Positions 51,399-64,000 of a stretch of DNA of 64,000 bases are shown here, piece by piece. Every line of letters starts with the position of its first letter. Within the stretch, counting starts at the first letter, position 1. Both the position numbers and the translations under genes were made by a program. This DNA is from Octopus sinensis (lineage: Eukaryota), in NCBI RefSeq assembly GCF_006345805.1, contig NC_042997.1, forward strand, positions 64,976,001 through 65,040,000, read 5' to 3'. The notes under the pieces were generated by a model. It worked only from the letters and a program-made list of their open reading frames with translations. It was not told where the DNA came from and made no database searches.

Positions 51399-51434
51399 CT
51401 TTCTGTGGAAGAGCGTAGGCAAGAAACGTTAAAG
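51399..51434 (+). ncRNA. Hammerhead-like motif (core CUGUGGA, stem II damaged), in repeat 51336-51527
   Basis: cuuu-CUGUGGA-a-gagc(guag)gcaa-GAAA-c-GUU-aaag; same family as 29096-29131. Confidence 0.55.
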
Positions 51435-51526
51435 ATATTTTCACTTCCCGAGCGTTATACAAATACATCTGTTTGTTGTCTACACCACCTGTCTTCGTCT
51501 TTTGTATTTTTTAGGAATCCTCCCCC

Positions 51527-51593
<67 letters not shown>

Positions 51594-51594
51594 C

Positions 51595-51672
<78 letters not shown>

Positions 51673-52402
51673 ATATATAGATAAATAGATACATACATAC
51701 ATACATACATACATACATACATACATACATACATACATAAAAGAAATAGAGCAATAATTAACAATTAGAAATTGATCATTGTCATTAAGAGGTCATAGTT
51801 GAATTGTAATTAAGCAACATTTACAGCTGTTTCAGTGTGCTATTTTTGAAGACTAGTTGAGCAACGGTGTTAGTCGAAACTGTCATACCTGGTAGTAATA
51901 TTTGTGTAACACTGTTTGAGATCGCTAGATAAGTCCCTATAAATGCAAATAATGCCCTTGTAAAAATTAAGGATGCTCTTAAAATTTTAAGAGCGTTTTA
52001 TGGAATAAATTTGGGTTAAGTAAAAGGTATAATAAATATATAAATATGTAAATAAAGATGTTATTATGAGCGGCGCGGGTTGTCTAATCGTTAATATAAT
52101 TTAAAAAAAACAATACAGTCGGATTGAATAGGCTAAATCGCACGTTTAATCGTATTTATATTTGTGGCGACCCTAGGAATTAGTATGTCAGTCAGTGATC
52201 TAACTTTGAGATCACTAATTTAGTTATTCTCTCACTCCCTCTACGTCATAGCTATTACTCTCACTACTTCTCCTTCACTGACTTATAATATCCCCCTCTC
52301 CCTTCACCATTCACTCCTACTGAGTAACTTTGGACAAATATATTTATACAAATATTAAAATACTATGCTCGTTATTATATTAGGATATATATATATATAT
52401 AT

Positions 52403-52602
52403 AAGTTCAGCAAGATTTAGATTCAGATGAATATGTTACTTAAGTCAAAGACACCAGAATTTTGTATGGTATTATCCATGGGGTGATTACAGTCAAAATA
52501 AACAACAAATACACCTGAGGTAATGTAGTACAATCGTTTCATGCTACTTCATTTTATTAAATTTACTCTCTAACTGTACAGCCAGAGAGTAAATTTAATA
52601 AT
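52403..52602 (-). mobile_element. TA-abutting repeat with the 3' half of an HHR and a 48-bp palindrome
   Basis: Minus GAAAcgattGTA (52540-52529) is identical to the HHR 348-390 junction; palindrome ttattaaatttactctct..agagagtaaatttaataa at 52554-52601. Confidence 0.55.
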
Positions 52603-52724
52603 ATCATGTTCTTAAGAATGAAACCAACCTCTCTGTCAGTATATCTACCCTCTTTATAATGTTGGCAAACGAAATAGAAATAAGAATGTGCATTATCTGT
52701 TTGATTGGAAAATGTCGCAACTCA

Positions 52725-52862
52725 CTTTTACAGCTGAGTGAACTAGAGCAATGTGAAATAAAGTGTCATGCTCAAGAACACTACATCCTGCATCGGGGAT
52801 CGAACTCACTATCTCATGATTATGAGCCTTACACTCTAACCACTCAGTCATGCGCCTTCACA
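52725..52862 (-). mobile_element. tRNA-derived SINE, family C (CORE-like)
   Basis: Minus gtgaaggcgcatgactgagtggttagag..gagttcgatcccc..gtgttcttgagcatgacacttta..ttcactcagctgtaaa. Confidence 0.75.
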
Positions 52863-52939
52863 CGATACATGTGTGTGTGTGTATGTATGTATGTGTATAT
52901 ACATACATGCTTACATACATATCTACATACGCAGGGAAG

Positions 52940-53318
52940 GAAGAGTAGGTGCAAGCGTATGAGAATGAGAAATTAGATAGGAGTGTGGTAGCAGATGAGG
53001 AGGAAAATATATTCTGTATTATATTTGATGGGTGCAATATGAAAAGCAACATGGAAAGAGAACAAAGGACTAAGCACAATTAACAAAGAAATCTTATAGA
53101 ATTTTGAGAAACCATAAAAAATTCACGAAAGCATACACAGAAACCAAAAAATCAAAACATTCGAAACCGAATTAAAGATGTAATTTAAAAGACTTATTTA
53201 TTATGTCTACGGACGAATTAGATAAGATTCTTAAACTAGAACACGGTTACTGGAAGCCAATTTTTTGTCAGCACAGAAAGAGCAGACTGAATGATTGAAT
53301 GAATGAATGAATGAATGA
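52940..53318 (+). mobile_element. Decayed LINE 3' end with a (TGAA)n tail, probably RTE-like
   Basis: Purine-rich decayed coding-like stretch ending in tgaatgaatgaa. Confidence 0.35.
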
Positions 53319-54514
53319 TATATGCTGAATGTTCATCTTTGTAAAAAAAATCTTGACCGACATGCTAGAGGGAGAAAGATTGGTCATTTCAACAGTTGGC
53401 ATTCTCTGTTGATTTAACAATGGGATTGAGAAATTCTTCGTCCAGAGGCAATAAAGGCAAATACTCGTGAAAATAATAGTAGTGGCTAATTTTGTTGTTC
53501 AGGGAATTCTAAAGAATATGAATACGTTTTGTGTTTGGGAGATTCGGTGAGAAAACATTAATAATTCCAACAACAGCACTTGCATGAACACTGATAATAT
53601 AATAAAATAAATAAAACATTTGACATTGTAGACTCATTCGAAAAACTACAATAACAGCAGTGATAGTGTCTATAGTAATGTTACCGTCATAAAAACAAGT
53701 AAGATTAATAATAGCAATAAAAAAGAGACGACATCATTTCAATGCTACATCTATGTGGGCCTTAGGTTTATTCAGACATTTGACAACATGTCTGCGGGGT
53801 GCAAGGTATAGAAATAAAAACATTATGCGACGAAATGTACAATGAGTCAATAATATTTAAATGTGTCTATCATGTTGTAGTACGAGTGGAGAAGACTTTG
53901 GAGATACCATTAATGATCTCGCACTTCTCGTAAAACGTAGGAGGGTGACATCGTCATCTTTCTCAGACGAACCGCTTCAGGATACAACTTCCTGCGATAA
54001 AATCTAACAATTGCAATTAAAACTTCGAATATTAACCACTTATTTCTAAGAACTTGACATCCTATGGAGAGTAGATTTTAGGTTATTAAGGCTCTGCAGT
54101 TCACTTAATTTCCAATTTATAACGAAAGTCTATTTTATGACGTTGGTGGTTAGTGTATAATATTACTGGAATAATGTTCAAATATTTAGTATTGCTCTGA
54201 ATTTTCTGAAATACACTTTTGTAACTATCTCCTTAATTCCTGTACATTTTATCTCATAACATTCATCTTGTACTTTTTGTCTGCAGTTCATTGTTAATTA
54301 CCTTATTTCAGTCAAGATGTTATTATTATTGAAGTTGAGAAATTGAAAAGGTCGTTTGAGCATCGAATAAAACGTTTCTACGAATGTTCATACTGTCAGA
54401 TGAAATCAGACCTAGTTTACTTCAGCTAAAATACCAAGAATTAATAGAATAACACCAAACTTTGCGTTGAGAGTATACTAGACATGATTGATATTATTAT
54501 TATTATTATTATTA

Positions 54515-54557
<43 letters not shown>

Positions 54558-54559
<2 letters not shown>

Positions 54560-54745
54560 GGCGACGCACCGACAGAGTCGTATGCATGCCGGGCAAGATG
54601 GCTAGCGTTCAGTTCGTCCGGTTAACTTTACCTATCACACTTTTGGGGTCGATAAAGTAAGTATCAGATGAGTATTGGGTCGATGTAATCGACTTACCCA
54701 CTTGCAACAAGTTGCTGGCCTTGTATCCAAAGTTGAAACAATAAC
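54558..54745 (+). mobile_element. tRNA-derived SINE, family A, inserted after (TTA)n
   Basis: aaggcgacgcaccgacagagtcgt head; ggggtcgataaagtaagta..gggtcgatgtaatcgactta core. Confidence 0.75.
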
Positions 54746-54749
54746 AATT

Positions 54750-55226
54750 ACTTGGTTCCGTCTTACTCCTGTTAGGATTTATGTGGGTGGCGGGTATTCT
54801 ACTCCAATCTCCTTCAGCCATCTACCTATATCTTTGCTTACTTTTCCCAACGCACCAATTAGCATAGAAACCACCTTTACAGTTCTCATACTCCAAATTC
54901 TTCCTATTTCAAATTTTAAGGGATTGTATATATTTTTTTGTTGCTGTTTTGTTTTGTTTTTCAACCTGTCTCATTACGATCCTGGAACCAGACAGGTAAG
55001 ATGAATTAATAAGCAAGCGACTTCGCGTTTCCTTATCTGTCATCATTATGTTCGGTCTGTTATTTTCTAACTTTTCCGTTTGAATAGGAAAGTGCAATAA
55101 AATCTTAAATTTCTCCGACTCCAGTACTCTTTCGACTCGATGATTGTACCATGTGATTATATATTCAAATACCCAGTTCTGGCAAAGTTCCCAGTGCAAA
55201 CTTTTACCACCTGATCGTGTCTCCAT
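54750..55226 (-). mobile_element. R4/Dong-like REL domain fragment
   Basis: LHWELC..WYNHRVERVLESEKFKILLHFPIQTEKLENNRPNI; LKFEIGRIW..VVSMLIGALG; abuts (TTA)n. Confidence 0.82.
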
Positions 55227-55272
55227 TTATTATTATTATTATTATTATTAATTATTATTATTATTATTATTA

Positions 55273-55324
<52 letters not shown>

Positions 55325-55479
55325 GAGAGTGATAGTGTAGCGCTTGCCATCGAATTGACACTGGGGTATGAACTCAATATTCCCATCAAGAACACACGTC
55401 TCATGAAGGTAGACGAAGCACGCGTACCACAATCATATGTGGGCGACGTCGTGATCTGATATGAAGATGAAGAGCACAT

Positions 55480-56460
55480 AATTTTGCAGATCCATTTTCT
55501 TCATGCCGATTAGCAATCCTGCAAAAAAGGTCTTGATAGGGTTTGTTTACGGATGATGAACAAAATACCTATTTTCCAGATGTGAATTATTGAAACTCCA
55601 AAGAATTTCACGCAACACATGGCTACGATGCTCCTCACTACTTCTGATCGAGATCAGTGATGCCACTAAGCGACATGGACAACCGGTTACGGTAATGCAA
55701 CTGACGAACAAATTTGTAGTATTGAGCAGGATCTTTGCTATCACCCATCTTTAACACAAAGACAAATTTGTATATCATAACACCTCAGGTCAGTTACGAT
55801 AAGAAGTAATGAGAGTCACTGCCTGATATTGTATCAAGCCTTTTATTATTAATACTAGCTGACCCAGTGCAGTCAAAAATGATGGATAATTATAGCATTT
55901 TATATATAAGTAAGGTACAAAATAAGGTACATAATAATCACAGATACAAACCTTCACATACCTCCCTTGTACACGTACACACACACACACACACACTTAC
56001 ACTCATACATAGTTCAAAGTTATTTCAAGCACGTTCTAAATATATATAGATCTCAATCTGATAAGGAATCGTGACGGAATTGCAGAACGAAGGATAATGT
56101 TTCCTTGTTCAAAGACCAAAATCTGGTAAACGAAAAGCTATTCTACCACTATTTCACAAATTAAAAGAGCCTGCTGTAAAACTATAAAGATGAATTTCCG
56201 GCTGCCAGGTTCAACGTGTAGATCAACATCTTATCCACCCACCTAGGCAAGAGTTAAGTTACTGTCTGCTTTACCTTCAGCACTTACTGCGAAGAAAATA
56301 GTTGGTTGTTCTCTGGTAGCCAAATTTCCATATCATCCTTGCTAACACATTATCTGTGGAAATTGGAGGTTCATATGCCGATATTACTTGAGCGTTGACA
56401 GTGTGGCAAGTACATACCGGGGGATTCATTAAAATAAAACTATATTGTTCTAGGTGAAAC
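55480..56460 (-). mobile_element. Decayed RTE LINE (APE and RT remnants)
   Basis: VISAYEPP, WKFG and TWQP APE-like remnants; IAKILLN RT-like remnant; interrupted at ~55850-56050. Confidence 0.5.
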
Positions 56461-57093
56461 ATGAAACCGATATAGTCAACAGAGATGATATAGAGAAACT
56501 TTCATGCATTTATGGAGGAGCAGATTTTGTGCTTTTACGGGTAAATCTTTTAATATACACTCTGCAGATCTGTATGTTAGATGTAATATATGATAAATTA
56601 CATTCCCTATAAAGTTGCCACTTACAATTAAGCTAACAGAAAAATAGACGAATATATAGAAAAATATTTTCATGGAATAGAATTTACCATAGAACGAAAC
56701 GCTAGATTTCGTAATATTCATGTCTTGACCCACGTCTCTACGCGTGTAAATGCTGTGCTTTATTTTTCTGAGATCAATTAACCATTCTACTCTGATTAGT
56801 TAACGTAGGCGTATATGAGAAAATATTCGTTGGTTACCAATCAAGTACAATTACAATTTAATATTCTGTTACATAAATGGCTATTTTAATCTGATCCTGC
56901 TTCTATTGCATCTAATCGTCTCTTTTTACTCATCCGTACGGTTACCTGTATCACCAGAAATGTTTTTCCTATGTTTTAGTATATCTTTGGTGACAGGTTT
57001 CCTCTAAGCATACACGCAGTGAATATACGTTATTGATAACGTCTAACGAAATAAAACAGAAATGCAATTAATCGCTGCTGGGACCGGCTCTCA

Positions 57094-57140
<47 letters not shown>

Positions 57141-57855
57141 AAAAACAGCACGACAGTAGGTACTATTATCTCCAGTCGACTAACGTAGATTTTACCTATG
57201 AGAGGGGTATTTACATTAAGTATGATACACGAATGACCATATTAATCTGATACACCTTGTATTGCCCCTTCTATTGCCAATAATAGATATTGTTGCTAGT
57301 TAACACCTTTTTAAATGCTGTTACAATAAGAAAGATATTTGAAGCAAACGGTATATGGGGAGTAGAAAGTAAAGGCAAAGTATACAGCAGAACAGATACT
57401 GCTGAATAAGTAGGTTAAAAGTAAAAATTATTTTCAGAAAGAAAGTATTAATCAAAAATGGAAAAGTGTAATAAAAGGAAAAGAAGAATGTATACAAAAT
57501 GTTCAGCAGACAGAAATAAGAGATATGAAATCAAATGTATATAGAAGGATACAAATATAGACGCGCGCACGGACGAATTTGTACAATAGTGAGAAGCAGA
57601 GCAAGAAAGAGAAAGAGAGAGACAGAGACGCAGAGAGAGAGAGCGAGTCGGACACATAAGGAGCTTAGATGGAAATGTAGAAAACAAAGCTAAGTAAATC
57701 ATGAGAATTATACGAACAATCAAAAATGAATATCATAGAAGTTGCTTAAAATGTGCAGCGTCATTAAGATACAGTAGGCCCCACCCTCACCATACGCACA
57801 CACGTAAAATAATATATGCGTGTATATATATAAACATACAACATATATATATACG

Positions 57856-57893
<38 letters not shown>

Positions 57894-57912
57894 CACACAC
57901 ATACACTACATG

Positions 57913-57967
<55 letters not shown>

Positions 57968-58158
57968 TGATTATTGCTCTTTTACTTTTGTTTGGAGAAT
58001 AAAAAATACCATCTTGAGAAAATCAATATAATAAGAGCAGAGTAAAAATATTGTATATTTATTTCAGCTGGCACGAATATCAGGCACAGAGCTTCGCCTG
58101 TGCAGCAGACAACTCTGTTTGCAACCTGAAAAATCCTAACGAAATTCATATATTAGTA

Positions 58159-58189
<31 letters not shown>

Positions 58190-58211
58190 CTGTGTCTGTG
58201 TCTGTGTGCGT

Positions 58212-58620
58212 TCGAGGTGGCATCAAGTAGTTCTCGGACTAGTTCTGTAGCGCGCCGACAGATAGCAGCACACGGTTGCATATGCAGTGAGAGCTGGTAG
58301 TGAGTTTATGATGGAGTGTGCCAAGTGACATTGTTGTGTTTCCTTTGCGGGTTGTGAAATTAATATTTTTTGTCATCACGTGTACACTGTTCTGTGCGAT
58401 TTTGTCATGGACATGAATTTGGAGAGACGACATTCGGCGAAAGCGTCCGGATATGAGGAGCACGTACAATTATATTTTTCACAACTACAATGTACTCTGT
58501 CACCGAGATCTCCTGATACGTGAGTTTCTCTCTAAAATCAACACCGTATTGCTTCCACATCCGCCCTATTCTGAGATAAATTCCACTTGGTCATATTGAA
58601 AATATCTTGGACACCCTACG
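58212..58620 (+). mobile_element. Internally deleted mariner
   Basis: TIR-like cgaggtggcatcaagtagttctcggactagt; IRRKRPD..IFHNYNVLCH..IREFLSK..LPHPPYS. Confidence 0.8.
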
Positions 58621-59329
58621 AACATTTCAGCCTACCCTGGTGCAATGAGGGCAAAAAGAAAGGATTTTAGACAGCATATTTTTACGTACACCTCTTGGTT
58701 TAATGTGCTGGTGGGGCCCTTAGATCGTCGGAAAACTATCTCGGGGTAATTGTTCTGGTTCTCTACATTTCTGTTCAAATCTCACCAATGTCAACGTTAC
58801 TGAGGTCGATAAAATATACTACCAGTGAAATATTGTGGTCGATGATATAGAGTATCTCTGTCAACTCAAAATTATTACCTTTAAGCCAAGGTCAATTATG
58901 CATTTCATACTTTCGGAAGTTGACAAAATAAGTACCAGTTGTGCACTGGCGTCGGTGTAATAAACTAACCCACTCATTTCCAAATTTCGGATCGTTTGCC
59001 AAAACTTAAAACCCATTGCCAAAACTTAAAAACCATTATTTTTTAATTATTTATTCATTTATTTTTTATTTAATCAGCCTCTTATCTTTTCGGTCCTTTA
59101 TATTTTCTTAACCTCGCTTTCTTTTGACGCCTTTTTCTTTTTGGCGGAATCATGACTTGAGAGTCATAACATCCTATTACAAAATACTGTCTTCATAACT
59201 GCTGAAGGTCTATACCACAAATTCGGTTGCTTTTAAAGATAAGCAGGTTGCAATAATACAAGTCGTTGTCTAAGAGACTATTAAACCACTCCTATAGTAT
59301 GGTGCTCTCATATATTTGGTATACTACAC

Positions 59330-59610
59330 GTATTCTCTAACATGGAAGACTCGTAAATGATCAAAGACACTTCATGTAACGAAGAGAAAAGCAAAGTATA
59401 AATATCGACTTTTACGCCAACTTTCGATAAAAGAAAAACATGGACTAAGCGGAGCACACACGAGGGTAGAAAGTGTCGCTGAAGAGGTCCCAGATGTGTG
59501 GTGAAAGATTTCTGGACAATGCACATGAGTTAGAATAAGAACAGCAATAAACGAGTGAAGAACGATTATATAGAGAGCTTGTTTATTTGGCATAAATTAA
59601 ATAATAATAA
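59330..59610 (+). mobile_element. Possible HERO-like REL C-terminal relic
   Basis: KRKAKY and decayed VEVGCRG-like remnants, followed by a short taataataa. Confidence 0.3.
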
Positions 59611-61673
59611 AAATGACCATCCCGAAATACAGCAATGAAAAAGCACTACTGCCTAACTTGTGTTAGGTGTTTTTGATTGAAAACATTGTATTTTGCTGGG
59701 GCCGGACAACTGCACACAAAAATGTAAAGAACTGAATTCAGATCAACCTTTTCGTTCATTTCAATGCAACCACCACAAATGTCTATTTTTATTCCCTCTA
59801 TAGCCCTAGAACGGCTTAGTATATAGTAGCGGTGTTACACTTTTAAATTGACTCCTAGTAGATAATATATCGCATGCAAATGTAGACCATTCTTGGCCAT
59901 GGATTACAAGCTAGTTTTATTGAACTAGTGAGTGCCCACATAACAGTGATCATGAAAAGATACCATCTATCATTCATCTATCTATTTCTTTACTTTATCA
60001 TAGTGACAATAACGACTCATCTTATCTGACATATCGTTTAAATTGAAGAGTACATGCAATTTAGATAGTAACTGTAGTTTATATGAAAAAGAATTGGCAG
60101 TACCAATAGCAGTTTGGACAGAATGCCTTGCGGTATCTAATTGTGTTTGTTTATGCTAAGAGTTCAGATCCGTAGTTTTTCTTCTGGTGTCCACAAAGAT
60201 GTACCAGACACTTACCGAGTTGATGTAATTGACTATATCATCCCCCAAAGCGTAACTTCGTGTGTATGTCAGAAACCGTCACTAACTGCATAATATCATT
60301 GGAGAGGAAAGCACTTGTCTTCGATATAAAATCAATATATTCATGGAACATATTAGCTTTACAGTGTTCGTAGAAATTTCTTTCCGTGTAGATATTCAGA
60401 AATCTGTGGACAATCTATAAATATCAAGTCCTTCATTTTTTACATTACATTACATAAGTATATAGCATTTAATTTGGACGCTGTAACTATCCTGGTGTTT
60501 TTATGCTAAATCTAGAATTTAAAGAAATAATTTTAAAAGTTTAAACATTATTATACCTTTTCACATTAGATCTTAAAAGATGAATCAAAATAAATGATTA
60601 TAGAGCCATTTTGGATAGTTGATTAAACAGCAATTTACGTTTTTGCATTCAAAAGCCTTATACAAATGTCAGAGATGAAACTGTTAATGATTTTCTTTTC
60701 TTAAGGGAATGTAAGATATAAAGCATCGTAGTATTATATTCTCTAATGAAGAATATTAAGATATATGCGAACATTTCAGATATTTCGTTCGATCGTTAAA
60801 GAAACCTCAGATTAGAGTATGTGAAAAATATTTCCAGAGATAAAATGAGCGAAATGCTAGTCAAATATATTATATGTATGTCCTTCACTTGCTTAGTTCA
60901 AACCACATCGATAAAACATCTTATTTTCGTACAGTGATAACACAATGATTTCTTCGCTAAAATATGACATTTTCTTTTAACAGATTTATGGCACAGCACC
61001 AAAATTATGATCCGATACTTTTTTAGATTACTATAATTATCACTAAATTTAGGATGTACATACTTTGCACATCAAACACATGATTGCTTCTATATCAGCG
61101 TAACAAGAAAGTTGTTTCTCTCGTTGTCGTTGCTTAACACAATAATCCCTGATATAGAGAACGCTTATTACTAAGTCTGCTTGTAAATATATCTAAATTT
61201 AGAAATATATATTTTCAGTATCTGTTCATTTTTTAAGACAGAAGGACGCAATTTAAGTGAGATATAACCGTTAATTTAAGATATCGATCAATTTTATGTA
61301 GCTTCCCATTTTGCTCGTAGAAATTTTCTGTAGACTGGGGGCTTGTTAGAAATGTTTTCAACATTAGATATATGACAAACTAAGATATTGAATTTGTTTC
61401 GGTAAAATACCGAGTTTACAGTTAAATGATACATAGAGATGTTGATCATTACATACCTTACTCAAAATGAACGAGTGAACTGGAATTTTGTCGTGATGTT
61501 ATTAGTATATAGCACAGACACAAAACTAATAATTTAGCGTAGGGTACTATTAATGTACTTACACATTTTATGGAGCACGGAAGGACCAAACACACTGTAC
61601 TCCACGGCTAGATATGAGATCAAATCGTAAAATAGAAGTAATTAAACACTACAATGTTTTCTTTTCCGATGCT

Positions 61674-62150
61674 TTACAGAATCTGCAAGGTACCGTCTTT
61701 CAATAAACAGAAATAATACTGATTTAATATAGAACCTTGTCTTACATCAGTTTGAACTGTGAAAGTATCTGTAGCTTTGCCATTGTGGATGACTTGAGTA
61801 GCTGTGCCGTAATAGAAATTTTGGATGATACTGATGATTTTCAGTTGAATAATATAGTGCTGCATCAACCCGCAGATTACTCCCAAGTCCACACTTTTGA
61901 AGACTTTGTCAAAATCAACGAAAGCGATGAAAAGCGGGCTCTACCATTTAATCGATTATTCAAAGAAAATAGATGCTCCACAGAGCCTGTGACACGGGAA
62001 GGATATTTGATTATTTTTATCTGTTTCTCTTTTTTTTTTGTAGAGATATTAGTTATCATATTTCATTGGAATAAAATTATGGAGTGTTTTGATTGTGATC
62101 TAGTAATAAGACATCAGGTGAAATTTAGGATACTCGAGTTGACTTAGTGA
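61674..62150 (-). mobile_element. RTE LINE RT relic
   Basis: KIISIIQNFY..VIHNGKATDTFTVQTDVRQGSIL; upstream FVDFDKVF. Confidence 0.8.
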
Positions 62151-62839
62151 AAATTGATTTCAAGATACTACTCATATTCTAATTATTGGTCGGATGACTG
62201 CATTCGAGAAAAAGAAAGTATTATCAAGTACATGTAATTCTAATAATAAAGCGCCTAAATAAAATTTAGATTTAACATATTGTCTATTTTCTTATGTTAG
62301 CAAAAGGTCAAAGCTATAGATTTTCTTAAGATGAAAAACTTCGATTACATCGATGCTAACTTTTCAGCTGTACATTATTCGTCGACCGAGGCTACATATC
62401 TTTCGACTCTAGCGGGATTTCAATTCAACAGTTTAAATGCTGTAACTAAAGGCTCGACATCAGAAATAGAACTTTTGGGTATACGCGTAAAACTAAAATA
62501 CAGTTGTTAATAATTTGGGTGAATGCCTGCTACATTGCAACTAAATTATCAGAAGAGCGTTTCTGCTTTGTCTTCTTGAAATAACTATATAAAAAAATGT
62601 ATGAATAGCATTTGCTTTCCAATATTGCTTTCTAGCTTGGGCAAACAAATATAGATTGCTTTGTGTGAAAGTAAAAAATAATCCACTATATCAACGCATG
62701 GAGGGCAACGAAATGAAAAACAAAGCATCTCAAGTCAACAATGGTAGTATTAAAATTCAGAATATGAAATACTGTAACTATGAATCTGACAGTCCACCTT
62801 ATTGTTTCGTAATATTAATCAGTTTAAAATAAGGATGTG

Positions 62840-63242
62840 ATAGTTCTGGGCAAAATTAAGAACAGAAGAATTTGACTAACGATGTTATTTTTTTGACTGA
62901 CAATTCCTAGTAAGAAAGAATAAATAAGCAGACACAAGATATAAATAATGTCGAGTCGAAAATATATCTGTAATAGTTCTAGGCAAAATTAAGAACAGGG
63001 GAATTTGACTAATGATGTTACTTTTTTGACTGACAATTCCTAGTAAAAAAGAATAAATAAGCAGACACATGACATAAAGAATGTCGAGTCAAAAATATAT
63101 CTGTAATAGTTCAAGGCAAAATTAAGAATAGGGGAATTTGACTGATGATGTTATTTTTATTTTTTTTTACTGAAAATTCCTAGTAAAAAAGAATAAAAAG
63201 CTAACACAAGACATAAAGAGTGTCGAGTCGAAAATATATCTG
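62840..63242. repeat. Three tandem copies of a 133-bp unit
   Basis: tagttc..ggcaaaattaagaa starts at 62841, 62974 and 63107. Confidence 0.93.
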
Positions 63243-63284
63243 GATAACTGACTGTAGGTTATATGAAAATATACACTATCTTAT

Positions 63285-63750
63285 ATTTGTTTCAGTCCAT
63301 TAAACTACGGCCATATTGGGGCCCAACCAAGAATATTTTTGTCGCGAAACTCGATCCCAGAATTTATTTTTCTTGTGAAGCTGGTGATTATTCTATCGGT
63401 CTCTTTGCGGAACACCTAATTTACGGGGAGGTAAACACACAAACACTGATTGTCAAGCAGTGGGGGTAGCGCAAACAGAGACGCAAAGACACACACGGAC
63501 ATACATACATACATATATATATATATGTGTGTGTGTGTGTGTATGTGTGTGTGTGTATGTGTGTGTGTGTGTGTGTATGTATATGTGTGTGTTTCTGTGT
63601 GGGGGGTGCGTGTGTGTGTGTGATGGTTTTCTTTCAGTTTCTCTCTACCGAATTCATTCATAAGGCTTGGTCGCCCTGGGGTTATAGAAGATACTTGTGC
63701 AATGTTCCACGCAGAACAATGTGGTGGGGAAGCAAGCTTCTTACCGCAAA
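63285..63750 (-). mobile_element. tRNA-derived SINE, family B
   Basis: Reverse complement of the family B body and head. Confidence 0.82.
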
Positions 63751-63810
63751 TATGCACACACACACACAAACACACACACACACACACAAACGCATATATA
63801 AGTTCAGTCT

Positions 63811-63895
<85 letters not shown>

Positions 63896-64000
63896 TTATA
63901 TATAAACATACGTCTGATCCTGTATGTTCGTTTGTATGTACGTATATGTAAATATATGTCTGTGTGTCTGCGTGTGTTATTATATGTGAGTGCAATGTAT

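Noticed and set aside
51821-51885. HHR-like halves (GAAACAGCUGUA on minus; gacua..uaguc-GAAAC on plus)
   Set aside because: No matching CUGAnGA box or stem I found
59479-59512. CTGAAGA...GAAA spacing
   Set aside because: No stem II or stem I complementarity; chance match
62840-63242. CRISPR-like array
   Set aside because: Contiguous 133-bp units with no unique spacers, no cas genes and a eukaryotic context

Overview
AT-rich (roughly 30% GC by eye) eukaryotic DNA packed with microsatellites and transposon relics. The SINE and LINE content looks like an octopus or other coleoid cephalopod genome (inference). No intact protein-coding gene is visible, and most ORFs in the track are translated simple repeats. 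Recognisable parts: a stack of REL-endonuclease (R4/Dong-like) LINEs beside (TAA)n at 9.9-15.9 kb; RTE, HERO-like and CR1-like LINE relics; several Penelope-like element (PLE) fragments of two GIY-YIG types; two mariner relics; many tRNA-derived SINEs; a possible decayed plexin-like pseudogene; and a few isolated exon candidates. The most striking signal is about 13 minimal type I hammerhead ribozyme (HHR) motifs from about 9 sequence families. They include atypical cores (U3-A8, U6), a tandem 499-bp two-HHR retrozyme-like unit, and a tRNA-headed SINE with an HHR tail. Most HHR-bearing elements end in (TA)n, and several show fold-back ends. All calls were made by eye, and boundaries of decayed elements are approximate.
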